A stretch of 64,000 bases of DNA from Eledone cirrhosa (Eukaryota), in assembly GCA_964016885.1 (NCBI GenBank), contig OZ024741.1:413416001-413480000 (forward strand), read 5' to 3'. Made by a program: the position numbers and the translations under genes. Under the pieces are notes generated by a model, which was given only the letters and a program-made list of their open reading frames with translations, did not search any database and had not been told where the DNA came from. This document shows, one piece after another, positions 27,745 through 39,610 of this stretch. Numbering within the stretch: the stretch's first letter is position 1; each line of letters begins with the position of its first letter.

Positions 27745-30700
27745 TGTATGTATCTGGTTTACAATAGGCCACTGTATATCTGGTTTACAATAGGCCACTG
27801 TATATCTGGTTTACAATAGGTATACTGTATACATCTGTTTTACAATAGGTCACTGTATATCTAGTTTACAATAGGCCACTGTATGTATCTGGTTTACAAT
27901 AGGCCACTGTATATCAGGTTTACAAAAAGCCACTGTATATATCTGGTTTACAATAGGCCACTGTATATCTAGTTTACAATAGGCCACTGTATATCTGCTT
28001 TAGAATAGGTATACTGTATACATCTGGTTTACAATAGGCCACTGTATATCTGGTTTACAATAAGCCACTGTATACATCTGGTTTACAATAGGTATACTGT
28101 ATACATCTGGTTTACAATAGGCCACTGTATATCTGGTTTACAATAGGCCACTGTATATCTGGTTTACAATAGGCCACTGTACACATCTGGTTTATAATAG
28201 GTATACTGTATATATCTGGTTTACAATAGGCCACTGTATATCTGGTTTACAATAGGCCACTTTCTGTATCTGGTTTACAATAGGCCACTGTACACATCTG
28301 GTTTATAATAGGTATACTGTATATATCTGGTTTACAATAGGCCACTGTATATCTGGTTTACAATAGGCCACTGAATATCTGGTTAAAAAGGCCACTGTAC
28401 ATCTGGTTTACGATAGGTATACTGTATATCTGGTTTACAATAGGCCACTGTATATCTGGTTTACAATAGGCCACTGTATATCTGGTTTACAATAGGTATA
28501 CTGTATACATCTGGTTTACAATAGGCCACTGTATATCTGGTTTACAATAGGCCACTGTATACATCTGGTTTAGAATAGGTATACTGTATGTATCTGGTTT
28601 ACAATAGGCCACTGTATACATCTGGTTTAGAATAGGCCACTGTATATCTGGTTTACAATAGGCCACTGTATATCTGGTTTACAATAGGTATACTGTATAC
28701 ATCTGTTTTACAATAGGTCACTGTATATCTAGTTTACAATAGGCCACTGTATGTATCTGGTTTACAATAGGCCACTGTATATCAGGTTTACAAAAAGCCA
28801 CTGTATATATCTGGTTTACAATAGGTCACTGTATATCTAGTTTACAATAGGCCACTGTATGTATCTGGTTTACAATAGGCCACTGTATATCAGGTTTACA
28901 AAAAGCCACTGTATATATCTGGTTTACAATAGGCCACTGTATATCTAGTTTACAATAGGCCACTGTATATCTGCTTTAGAATAGGTATACTGTATACATC
29001 TGGTTTACAATAGGCCACTGTATATCTGGTTTACAATAGGCCACTTTATGTATCTGGTTTACAATAGGCCACTGTACACATCTGGTTTATAATAGGTATA
29101 CTGTATATATCTGGTTTACAATAGGCCACTGTATATCTGGTTTACAATAGGCCACTGAATATCTGGTTTACAATAGGTATACTGTATATCTGGTTTACAA
29201 TAGGCCACTGTATATCTGGTTTACAATAGGCCACTGTATATCTGGTTTAGAATAGGTATACTGTATGTATCTGGTTTACAATAGGCCACTGTATACATCT
29301 GGTTTACAATAGGCCACTGTATATCTGGTTTACAATAGGCCACTATATAAATCTGGTTTAGAATACTGTAGCGTAAAAGTTGGTGTTCATCAGGGCTCCG
29401 TTCTTAGCCCCCTACTATTTGTTATTGCTCTTCAGGCTATAACAGAGGAGTTCAAGACCGGCTGCCCATGGGAACTCCTATATGCAGATGATCTAACGCT
29501 CATAGTTGAATCAATGGCTGAACTAGAGAAGAAATTCCAAACATGGAAGCATGGCCTAGAATCAAAAGGCCTTAAAGTTAACTTGTCAAAGACTAAAGTT
29601 CTAGTTTGTAGGAAGGAAAATAGGGCACCGGTCCCATCTGGGAAATGGCCAACCTCAGTGTGTAGGAAAGGAGTAGGCAGAAACTCCATTTTATGTCCCA
29701 AATGCAAAGTATGGGTGCATAAAAGATGTAGTGGGATCACAGGTAAGCTAACTAAGAATATAGATTTTATATGTGGCCGGTGCTCTGGTGCAATAAGTAG
29801 CAGCAAGTGCCCACAGAATACTAGCTCATTCCATTGCACAGATGGTTCTATAGAAATAGTGGACACCTTCCATTACCTGGGTGACAAAATCAGCAGTGGT
29901 GGAGGGTGCTCTGAAAGTACAGTAGCTAGAGTCAGAACGGGATGGAAAAAGTTCAGAGAGCTTATGCCGCTAAAGGTTTCTCTCTAAAAATGAAAGGCAG
30001 GCTGTATGAAGCCTGCATACGAACAGCAATGTTGCATGGCAGTGAGACTTGGGCATTGTGTGCAGAGGATATACGCAAACTGGAGAAAAACGAAGCTTGC
30101 ATGCTCCGCTGGATGTGTAATAGTAATATACGTGAACGCCAAAGCATAAACGAACTAAGGGAGAAATTAGGAATAAGAGGGATCAGATGTTGTTTACTCG
30201 AGAGAAGACTACGTTGGTATGGTCATGTGATGCGCATGAAAGACGACAGCTGTATAAAAAAGTGTAGGGCGATAAAAATAGACGTTAGCCACGGAGTAGG
30301 CAGACCCAGAAAAACCTGGGATGACTTGATAAATTCCGACCTCACACACTTACACCTCTCCAAGACAATGTCACTGAACCGAGATCTTTGGCGCTACACA
30401 GTTATACAGAAGACCCGCCTTGCCTAAGTACAAAGTGAAAACCTACAGTCAGTAGGCACCTCTAACAAAAACACACCCCCGTCCCACTACCCCCACCCCA
30501 TCCACACCACCCCCTTGAATGTGCAGTTATGTTGGTACCACAACATCCAGTCCAAAAAAAATGAGGTTGTGTAGGTTGAATGACAAAAAAACACACAGTC
30601 CACGCTGTAATGTGGCCGTGTAGGTAACACGGTAAAAACCGCCCAGTCCACACTGTAAAAGTGGTTGGTGTTAGGAAGGGCATCCAGCCGTAGAAAACCC

Positions 30701-31228
30701 GCCAGACAGTCCTATACGAGCAGGACAACAAATCTTGCCTCAAGTGGCAAACGTCCCGTCCAAACCCATGCAAGCGTGGAAAAGGAAGTTAAACGATAAT
30801 GATGATGATGAAGATGATACTGTATGTATCTGGTTTACAATAAACCACTGTATGTAAGAATAGGCCACTGTATATCTGGTTTACAATAGGTATACTGTAT
30901 ACATCTGGTTTACAATAGGCCATTGTATATCTGGTTTACAATAGGCAACTGTATGTATCTGGTTTACAATAGGCCACTGTATGTATATGGTTTAGAATAG
31001 GCAACTGTATATCTGGTTTACAATAGGCCACTGCATATATCTGGTTTACAATAGGCCACTGAATATCTGGGTTACAATAGGCCAATGCATGTATCTGGTT
31101 TACAATAGGCCACTGCATATATCTGGTTTACAATAGGACACTGTATGTATCTGGTTTACAATAGGCCATTGCATGCATCTGGTTTAGTATAGGCCACTGT
31201 ATGTATTTGGTTTAGAATAGGCCACTGT
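27745..31228. repeat. 26-31 bp satellite (ctggtttacaataggccactgtatat), interrupted by an RTE insertion
   Basis: The array continues on both sides of 29371-30816. Confidence 0.93.
29371..30816 (+). mobile_element. 5'-truncated RTE-clade LINE with a PHD-like finger, frameshifted
   Basis: VGVHQGSVLSPLLF, LLYADDL, Cys/His finger, MLHGSETW, RLRWYGHV, GRPRKTW, (GAT)n tail. Target-site duplication atactgta at 29363-29370 and 30817-30824. Confidence 0.92.
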
Positions 31229-31364
31229 GTCTCTGTATGTTGTGAGAGATGACTAAAAGAGTTGGTGTTAGGAAAGGCCTCTAGCTATAAAACATTGTCC
31301 CAGAAAAAGATTCTATGATAAGTATGAAGCTTATCACAGATCTAATCCATTATTTAGCAAAAAA

Positions 31365-31725
31365 AACCTTTGATACTAAACTGACTGAAACCACCCCTGG
31401 TTCTGTGATGCAAGATTTTATTTTGAAGTATTTATATTTACCTACAAACCTTCCATCATAATTTTACCTAAGAAGTTTTGTTAAGTTATGTTCCAGATAC
31501 CAAACCATATGAAACCCTACCTGGTTCTCAATACAAAACTGTCTATTTATTTTAAAACTTTCCATCATACTGATATGTAAGAACCCTTTGTTAAGTTATG
31601 TTCCAGATACCAGCTTAAAATGAGAAAGTAGGTGATATTACTTGTAAATTCTTGATTACTTTCAAATTTATTTGAAAAACATAGACAATGTCTTACATTA
31701 GAAATATGGTAATTAAAGGGTTAAA
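31365..31725. mobile_element. piggyBac-like MITE (TTAACCCTTT...AAAGGGTTAA family) whose terminus runs into the 49-bp satellite
   Basis: Body motifs 'gttaagttatgttccagataccagctt' recur at 18740, 18900, 47890 and inverted at 56400-57110. The inverted copy starts 'ttaatcctttcattaccatgtttctaat' at ~56876. Confidence 0.6.
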
Positions 31726-34555
31726 CAACATAGACAGTGTCTTTCATTAGAAATATGGTAATGAAAGGGTTAAACAACATAGACAGTGTCTTTCATTAGA
31801 AATATGGTAATGAAAGGGTTAAACAACATAGACAGTGTCTTTCATTAGAAATATGGTAATGAAAGGGTTAAACAACATAGACAGTGTCTTTCATTAGAAA
31901 TATGGTAATGAAAGGGTTAAACAACATAGACAGTGTCTTTCATTAGAAATATAGTAATGAAAGGGTTAAACAACATAGACAGTGACTTACATTAGAAATA
32001 TGGTAATGAAAGGATTAAACAACATAGACAGTGTCTTTCATTAGAAATATGGTAATGAAAGGGTTAAACAACATAGACAGTGTCTTTCATTAGAAATATG
32101 GTAATGAAAGGGTTAAACAACATAGACAGTGTCTTTCATTAGAAATATGGTAATGAAAGGGTTAAACAACATAGACAGTGTCTTTCATTAGAAATATGGT
32201 AATGAAAGGGTTAAACAACATAGACAGTGTCTTTCATTAGAAATATAGTAATGAAAGGGTTAAACAACATAGACAGTGTCTTTCATTAGAAATATGGTAA
32301 TGAAAGGGTTAAACAACATAGACAGTGTCTTACATTAGAAATATGGTAATGAAAGGGTTAAACAACATAGACAGTGTCTTTCATTAGAAATATGGTAATG
32401 AAAGGGTTAAACAACATAGACAGTGTCTTTCATTAGAAATATGGTAATGAAAGGGTTAAACAACATAGACAGTGTCTTTCATTAGAAATATGGTAATGAA
32501 AGGGTTAAACAACATAGACAGTGTCTTTCATTAGAAATATGGTAATGAAAGGGTTAAACAACATAGACAGTGTCTTTCATTAGAAATATAGTAATGAAAG
32601 GGTTAAACAACATAGACAGTGACTTACATTAGAAATATGGTAATGAAAGGATTAAACAACATAGACAGTGTCTTTCATTAGAAATATGGTAATGAAAGGG
32701 TTAAACAACATAGACAGTGTCTTTCATTAGAAATATGGTAATGAAAGGGTTAAACAACATAGACAGTGTCTTTCATTAGAAATATGGTAATGAAAGGGTT
32801 AAACAACATAGACAGTGTCTTTCATTAGAAATATGGTAATGAAAGGGTTAAACAACATAGACAGTGTCTTTCATTAGAAATATAGTAATGAAAGGGTTAA
32901 ACAACATAGACAGTGTCTTTCATTAGAAATATGGTAATGAAAGGGTTAAACAACATAGACAGTGTCTTACATTAGAAATATGGTAATGAAAGGGTTAAAC
33001 AACATAGACAGTGTCTTTCATTAGAAATATGGTAATGAAAGGGTTAAACAACATAGACAGTGTCTTTCATTAGAAATATGGTAATGAAAGGGTTAAACAA
33101 CATAGACAGTGTCTTTCATTAGAAATATGGTAATGAAAGGGTTAAACAACATAGACAGTGTCTTACATTAGAAATATGGTAATGAAAGGGTTAAACAACA
33201 TAGACAGTGTCTTACATTAGAAATATGGTAATGAAAGGGTTAAACAACATAGACAGTGTCTTACATTAGAAATATGGTAATGAAAGGGTTAAACAACATA
33301 GACAGTGTCTTACATTAGAAATATGGTAATGAAAGGGTTAAACAACATAGACAGTGTCTTTCATTAGAAATATGGTAATGAAAGGGTTAAACAACATAGA
33401 CAGTGTCTTTCATTAGAAATATGGTAATGAAAGGGTTAAACAACATAGACAGTGTCTTTCATTAGAAATATGGTAATGAAAGGGTTAAACAACATAGACA
33501 GTGTCTTACATTAGAAATACAGTAATGAAACGGTTAAACAACATAGACAGTGTCTTACATTAGAAATACGGTAATGAAAGGATTAAACAACATAGACAGT
33601 GTCTTCATTATCATTTCATCATTTCATTTTACGTCCACTTTTCCCTGCTTGCAAGGGTGGGACGAGAACTGATTCTGGCTTGATTTCTACAGCTGGATGC
33701 CCTTCCTAACACCAACCTCATTTACAGTGAGTGCTGGGGGCTTTTGTGTCGTGGCACCTCCACGCCCACTTTGCAGTGGAATGATAGGGACCCCAGTCCC
33801 TATCATCTCATTTCTACAGCTGAGTAAACTGGAGCAATGTGAAATAAAATGTCTTGCTCAAGGAAACAACTCATCACCCGGTCTGAGAATTGAACTCACA
33901 ACGTTTCGATTGCAAGGCCAATGCTCTAACCACTAGTCCAATGCTCTAACCACAAGGCCAATGCTCTAACCCCAGTCCCTATTATCTCATTTCTACAGCT
34001 GAGTAAACTGGAGCAATGTGAAATAAAGTGTCTTGCTCAAGGAAACAACTCATCACCTGGTCTGAGAATTGAACTCACAACCTTTCGATTGCAAGGCCAA
34101 TGCTCTAACCACTAAGCCATGTGCCTCCATGTCTTACATTAGAAATATGGTAATGAAAGGGTTAAACAACATAGACAGTGTCTTACATTAGAAATATGGT
34201 AATGAAAGGGTTAAAGACATAGACAGTGTCTTACATTAGAAATATGGTAATGAAAGGGTTAAACAACATAGACAGTGTCTTTCATTAGAAATATGGTTAT
34301 GAAAGTGTTAAACAACATAGACAGTGTCTTACATTAGAAATATGGTAATGAAAGGATTAAACAACATAGACAGTGTCTTTCATTAGAAATATGGTTATGA
34401 AAGTGTTAAACAACATAGACAGTGTCTTACATTAGAAATATGGTAATGAAAGGGTTAAAGACATAGACAGTGTCTTACATTAGAAATATGGTAATTAAAG
34501 GGTTAAACAACATAGACTATAACTTTAATTAGAAATATAGTAATGAAAGAGTTAA
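31680..34555. repeat. 49-bp satellite, array 2 (more homogeneous), interrupted by a SINE
   Basis: Same unit as array 1; period 49 (31741 vs 31790). Confidence 0.95.
33606..34129 (-). mobile_element. tRNA-headed SINE with RTE-derived 3' tail and partly duplicated head
   Basis: Minus strand: ggaggcacatggcttagtggttagagc (A-box), gagttcaattc (B-box), core, 'ggtgttaggaagggcatccagc' tail and (ATG)n-like end. Confidence 0.85.
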
Positions 34556-36004
34556 AAGCATCCAGCCGTAGAAAACCTGCCAGAGACACTTCCGTACAAG
34601 CGAGCGAGACATGGTCTCCCGATCAATCATGCATCAAATGGAACAAAACCATCTAACCCATGCTAGCATGGAAGATGGACGTTAAACGATGGCAGCCATG
34701 ACGATGGTGATGACGACGAATAGATAGAGAGATAGATAGATATAACAAATATTTTTATCGTTCTACATGTCTGAATACAAGAAATGTAAATCTGAGTTTT
34801 TTGAATATTAATAATATTTGATTCGTTTGCAATTATGCAAACAGCCTCTTTAAGCATTGTGAGTAGAATGACTCCATCATTGTTACTCTTGTGTTGGCAT
34901 ATAAACAGAACAGCAGACACTAATGTTTCTGGGTGATTACCCTTCATCAGTACTATATACTTCTTATCTGCCAACTGTCAGAGCTAATAAAAATAAATGA
35001 TATTTTCTGGAATATACAGTGACTGATTGGCCTGATATGCATATTAGCAGACTGGCTGTATGTATATATATATATATATATCTCAGCTGCGATTGTCTGT
35101 TTCTTTCTTACTGCTTCCCCCCTCTCTCTGTATCTCTCTCCTCTTTTTACCCCCTCTGCCAGTCACACTCTCTCTCGGCTGTTCTCTTCCTCACACTTCC
35201 ACTCATTCACTCTCTGCTTCTCCCTCTCTCTCACTTCCTCCCGTTTGACCTGTGTGAAATCCTTTTCTCGATCACATCTCACCCATGTCGGATGGTCTGT
35301 ATCTCTCGCCCATGAATTCACCAAGCTTAAGCTTACAGATTTCATGTGCTTGTCTCTTCCTATCTTTCCGTTGCCATACTATCATTGTTTGTTTACATGT
35401 CTCGCTCGTTTCACCCTATTTTACTTGTCCCACTAACTTTATTTGTTATTGCTCGCACCAACTAGAGGTATATGATTTTTAAAGCGATGAAATACCAATG
35501 AAAGTTGGAAGATCACTGATGAAGGACTAATTTTATTCATATATATATATATATATGAATATATATACTGAGCCATCGCATTCTGTTTATCAATTCTTAA
35601 CATCCGGTAGGAATCTAAAACAGAAAATATCTGAAAACAAGTTTGTTAATTTAAATGATTATAGTATATTTTCTAGTGGACAGATCATTATTAAAATAAA
35701 GCAAATAATTTCCATTAAAGTTTATCAAAGTTTAATATTTAATGAGGTGTAATCTCACGTTGTTTTGTACTTTTCCATAATGTCTTGTATAAAGTGGTTT
35801 CTTAATTTATAAGTTTATAGTATTTTTACTAGTAGACAGATTATTGTAATTTTTTGTATTAGAGTAAAACAAAGACTTTAATATTTAATGTGGTGCGGTG
35901 ATAGTGTTATTTAGTATTTTTCCAGAATGTCTAACTAAAGTGGATCCATGTGGTATAGGACGTTAAGAAGTACTTTCAATTGATTTTTTATGACATTATT
36001 ACAG

Positions 36005-36190
36005 GGTTGATTGGCAGTATCGGTAGAGGTTTCGGACGCCATGCTTTGCAGCATAGAGTTACGGTCATTTATGATCTGAGTTCAAATCCCACCGAAGTTA
36101 ACTTTGCCTTTCATCCTTACAGGGTTGATAAAATGAAGTACCAGTAATGTACTGGCTAATTGCTGGCCTTGTGCCAAAATAGAAACAATT
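36005..36190 (+). mobile_element. SINE family 2 (Nin/Deu-like core gttaactttgcctttcatcc...ggtcgataaaataaagtaccag)
   Basis: B-box-like 'gagttcaaatccc'. Further copies at ~47110-47420, 53559-53740 and 58355-58540 (-). The family name is from memory. Confidence 0.75.
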
Positions 36191-36677
36191 ATTACAGTCA
36201 TTGTCAGTATCGATAGAGGGTCGGACGCCATGCTGTTCTGTTTCTATATTGGACAAGTTTTAGTTCAGAGGTTGAGACCAGAGATCACCATCGCTTTTTG
36301 TCTGTCTCATTGACAAACCTCCTCGCATTATAATATAACATGAAACATGCACCCAGTACACTCTGTAAAATAAAAGGGCTGGAACCACAGTAAAATGCAC
36401 CCAGTACACTCTGTAAATTAGTAGGGCTGGTCCCACGATATATTACATAGATGATGGTTATAGAGTGTATATATACAGTAATATAGTGTATATACTGTAA
36501 TATATAGCTGAGTTCTTCACTGAACTCGGCTAATTGGCAGATATTGCTGATATGACAATCTGTTTGAACTTTTGTGAAAGAATTTAATATGTGTGTTTTG
36601 TTTGTATTTGTACAATATGTGTGGCTTTGGGTGTGTGTGTATATATATATATATATATGTATAAAGATAGATAGATG

Positions 36678-36714
<37 letters not shown>

Positions 36715-36760
36715 GGGGGAGATGCTTTTAATCCTTCTGAGAAAGCTTTGTCTGTAAACA

Positions 36761-36791
<31 letters not shown>

Positions 36792-37221
36792 GTATTATAT
36801 TATATACACACATACACGTGTATGTTTGCTATTACTATCAATGTATTAGTCAACTGGCTGACATGTCATATATAAATATAAACACATATGTGTGTGTACA
36901 TATATGAACTCACTCACATACACATGTGTATGTGTGTCTTATTAGTCAACTGGCATGTACATCATATATATATATATACACACATACACATGTGTATGTG
37001 TGTGTGTGTGTATATGTGTGAGTATACATATATTTACACACACACACACGTGTGTATGTGTGTATGTATATATATATATATGTGAGTATACATATATATA
37101 CACACACACACACGTATGTATGTGTGTGTGTATATATATGTGAGTATACGTATATATACACACACACACATATGTATGTATGTGTGTATATATATATATG
37201 TGAGTATGCATATATATACAC

Positions 37222-37454
37222 CCCCTCCCACTGTAAAGTGGATATGTAGGGACCACGGCAAAAAAGCACCCAGCACTCCCTATATATGAAGTTGGTGTTA
37301 GGAAGGGCATCCAGCTGTAGAAATCAAGCCAGAATCAGTTCCTGTATGAGCAAGACAAGATCAGCCGACCGGACACTGCCCACGACAGGACAACCCGTCT
37401 AACCCATGCTAGCGTGGAAGAATGGACGTAAAACGGTGATGATGATGATGATGA
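37222..37454 (+). mobile_element. 3' half of the RTE-tailed SINE
   Basis: Matches the reverse complement of 54303-54530; ends in (GAT)n. Confidence 0.8.
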
Positions 37455-37883
37455 CACACACACACGTGTGTATGTATGTATATATATATATATGTGAGTA
37501 TACATATATATACACACATACACGTGTATATGTGTGTTATTAGTGTATGAGTCAATGACACATTCCCCAGAAACTGTTTACAAGAAAAGGAAACACAATT
37601 TTTTTTTCATTTGTTTTTTATTATTATAATTTTCTTTGCTGTTTATTTGTTTTCAACTTTTTCTGCTGAAGTTGCACAAAATATTTCACAAAAGTTTCTT
37701 TAAAATTTAGATTTTTACTGGAAACAACTGCAAAAATGATGCAAATATATATATATAAGTTATTTCGGGTTCATTCGGAGGTAACCACAGTAAGGTACTC
37801 AATACATAGCAGAGTATAAAAGTTTTAATATAGAAGAGCTTCTACAGGACTAGAACTGTTTCATTCGTGAGAAATCATCAGGA

Positions 37884-37934
37884 AGCTTCCTGATGATTTC
37901 TCACGAATGAAACAGTTCTAGACCTGTAGAAGCT
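37884..37934 (+). ncRNA. Type I hammerhead ribozyme motif (Penelope-like), mirrored on the - strand at 37837-37887
   Basis: agcttc-CTGATGA-t.ttc(tcac)gaa.t-GAAA-cag(ttctagac)ctg-TA-gaagct: stems I, II and III pair and the core is intact. Confidence 0.72.
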
Positions 37935-37939
37935 CTTCT

Positions 37940-38622
37940 CATCATCATCATCATCATCAACGTTTAACGTCTGTGTTCCACGCTTGCATGGGTTTGGACG
38001 GGGGTAGTCCCACTTGAGGCAAGAGTGATTGTCTTGCTCGCATAGGACTGTCTGGCAGGTTTTCTACAGTTGGATGCCCTTCCTAACACCAACCACATTT
38101 ACAGTGTGGGTCTGGGAGGTTTTTACCGTGTTGCCTACACGGCCACATTACAGCGTGGACTGTGTGTTTTTTGTCGTGACACCTACACGATCTCATTTGT
38201 TTCGGCCTCGATGGCGCGGCACCAACATAACTTTACATAGAACGGGGTGGTGTGGATGGGGTGGGGGTGGTGGTGGTGGGACGGGGTGTATTTTGTTAGA
38301 GATGCCTACTGGCTGGAGTAGGTTTTACTATATATTTAGGTAAGGCGGGTCTTCTCTGTTACTGAGTACCGCCAAAGGTCTTGGTCCAGTGACATTGTCT
38401 TGGAGAGGTGTAAGTGTGTGATGTCGGAGTTTATCAGCTCGTCCCAGGTTTTTCTAGGTTTGCCTATTCCATGACTACCGTCTATCTTTATTGCCCTGCA
38501 CTTTGTTATACAGCTATCGACTTTCATGCGCATCACGTGTCCATACCAACGTAGCCTTCTCTCGAGTAAACAACATCTGATCCCTCTTATCTCTAATTTT
38601 TTCCTTAGTTCGTTTATGCTTT
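37940..38622 (-). mobile_element. 5'-truncated RTE LINE copy
   Basis: Near-identical to 44211-44900 and 58590-59270; (CAT)n tail on +; ORF 38336..38536. Confidence 0.92.
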
Positions 38623-38703
38623 ATATATATGTATATATATATATATAGGAACAATTAAGACCCCGACGGCTGAGCTCAAGCCGTTTCGACGGCTAATTCT
38701 TCG

Positions 38704-38769
<66 letters not shown>

Positions 38770-38954
38770 TACACAATATATATATATTTATTACACAATA
38801 ATCAAAACTATCATTTGTTCAAATGATTTGAACATAGTTTTGATTATTATGTAATTTATATTCCTGCTCTGTAAAACATCTGATGTATTTACATTGAGCT
38901 TTTTTTCTTACTGGTAATAAGGTAGTAATGAGTTACTGACCTTTCCTGTTTATA

Positions 38955-39348
38955 CGAGGGCAATCCCAAAAGTAAGGTCTCCTTCCGATTTTGCAACTTT
39001 TCCGTTAAAATCCTGTGGATGGTGCTTCGGCAAACCTCAGGAACCAAAATGCAGAGAGCATCCAGAGTGATCCGCCGATCTTTACACATGTTTTCCTCGG
39101 AAGGAGACCTTACTTTTGGGATTGCCCTCGTATATAATAACTGCACGAAATTCGCACTTGGCGATAGCGTTCAACAGGAGCTCCATTCTCAACGGCTGCC
39201 AAACCAAGATTGAGCATCCCAGCGAAGGGCACGCATGCTTGTTTGAGAATGAAGGAAACACCAATCACAACAGTGTTGCCAACAGCTGTACGAACAGTTT
39301 CTCTGTGTCCCCATCGCTTTGGAGACCTTACTTTTGTGTTTACCCTCG
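38955..39348 (-). mobile_element. Nested mariner remnants: 176-bp MITE (38955-39130) next to the 5' end of a related mariner (39131-39348)
   Basis: TA-flanked inverted repeats cgagggcaatcccaaaagtaaggtctccttccga (34 bp). A third TIR variant at 39321-39348. Peptides AKCEFRAVI and DRRITLDAL...STIHRILTEKL are mariner transposase-like. Confidence 0.82.
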
Positions 39349-39409
39349 TAGTTGTATATAGTGTATATATAACTATAAATAATATTATTATTATTACATA
39401 TATATATAT

Positions 39410-39448
<39 letters not shown>

Positions 39449-39610
39449 GTATGAACAGTGCAACATACATATATATACACTCACATACATAAATATATAG
39501 AAATACATCATCATTTAACATATATATATATATATATATATACATATACAGTTAAATGATGATGTATTTCTATATATTTATGTATGTGAGTGTATATATA
39601 TATATATATG

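Noticed and set aside
2402-34555. CRISPR-like arrays
   Set aside because: The repeats are head-to-tail with no unique spacers, there are no cas genes, and the context is eukaryotic.
35505-35545. cactgatgaagg motif (also at ~46115)
   Set aside because: Only the 5' core is present with no GAAA or stem III; possibly a truncated PLE piece but not supportable as a ribozyme.
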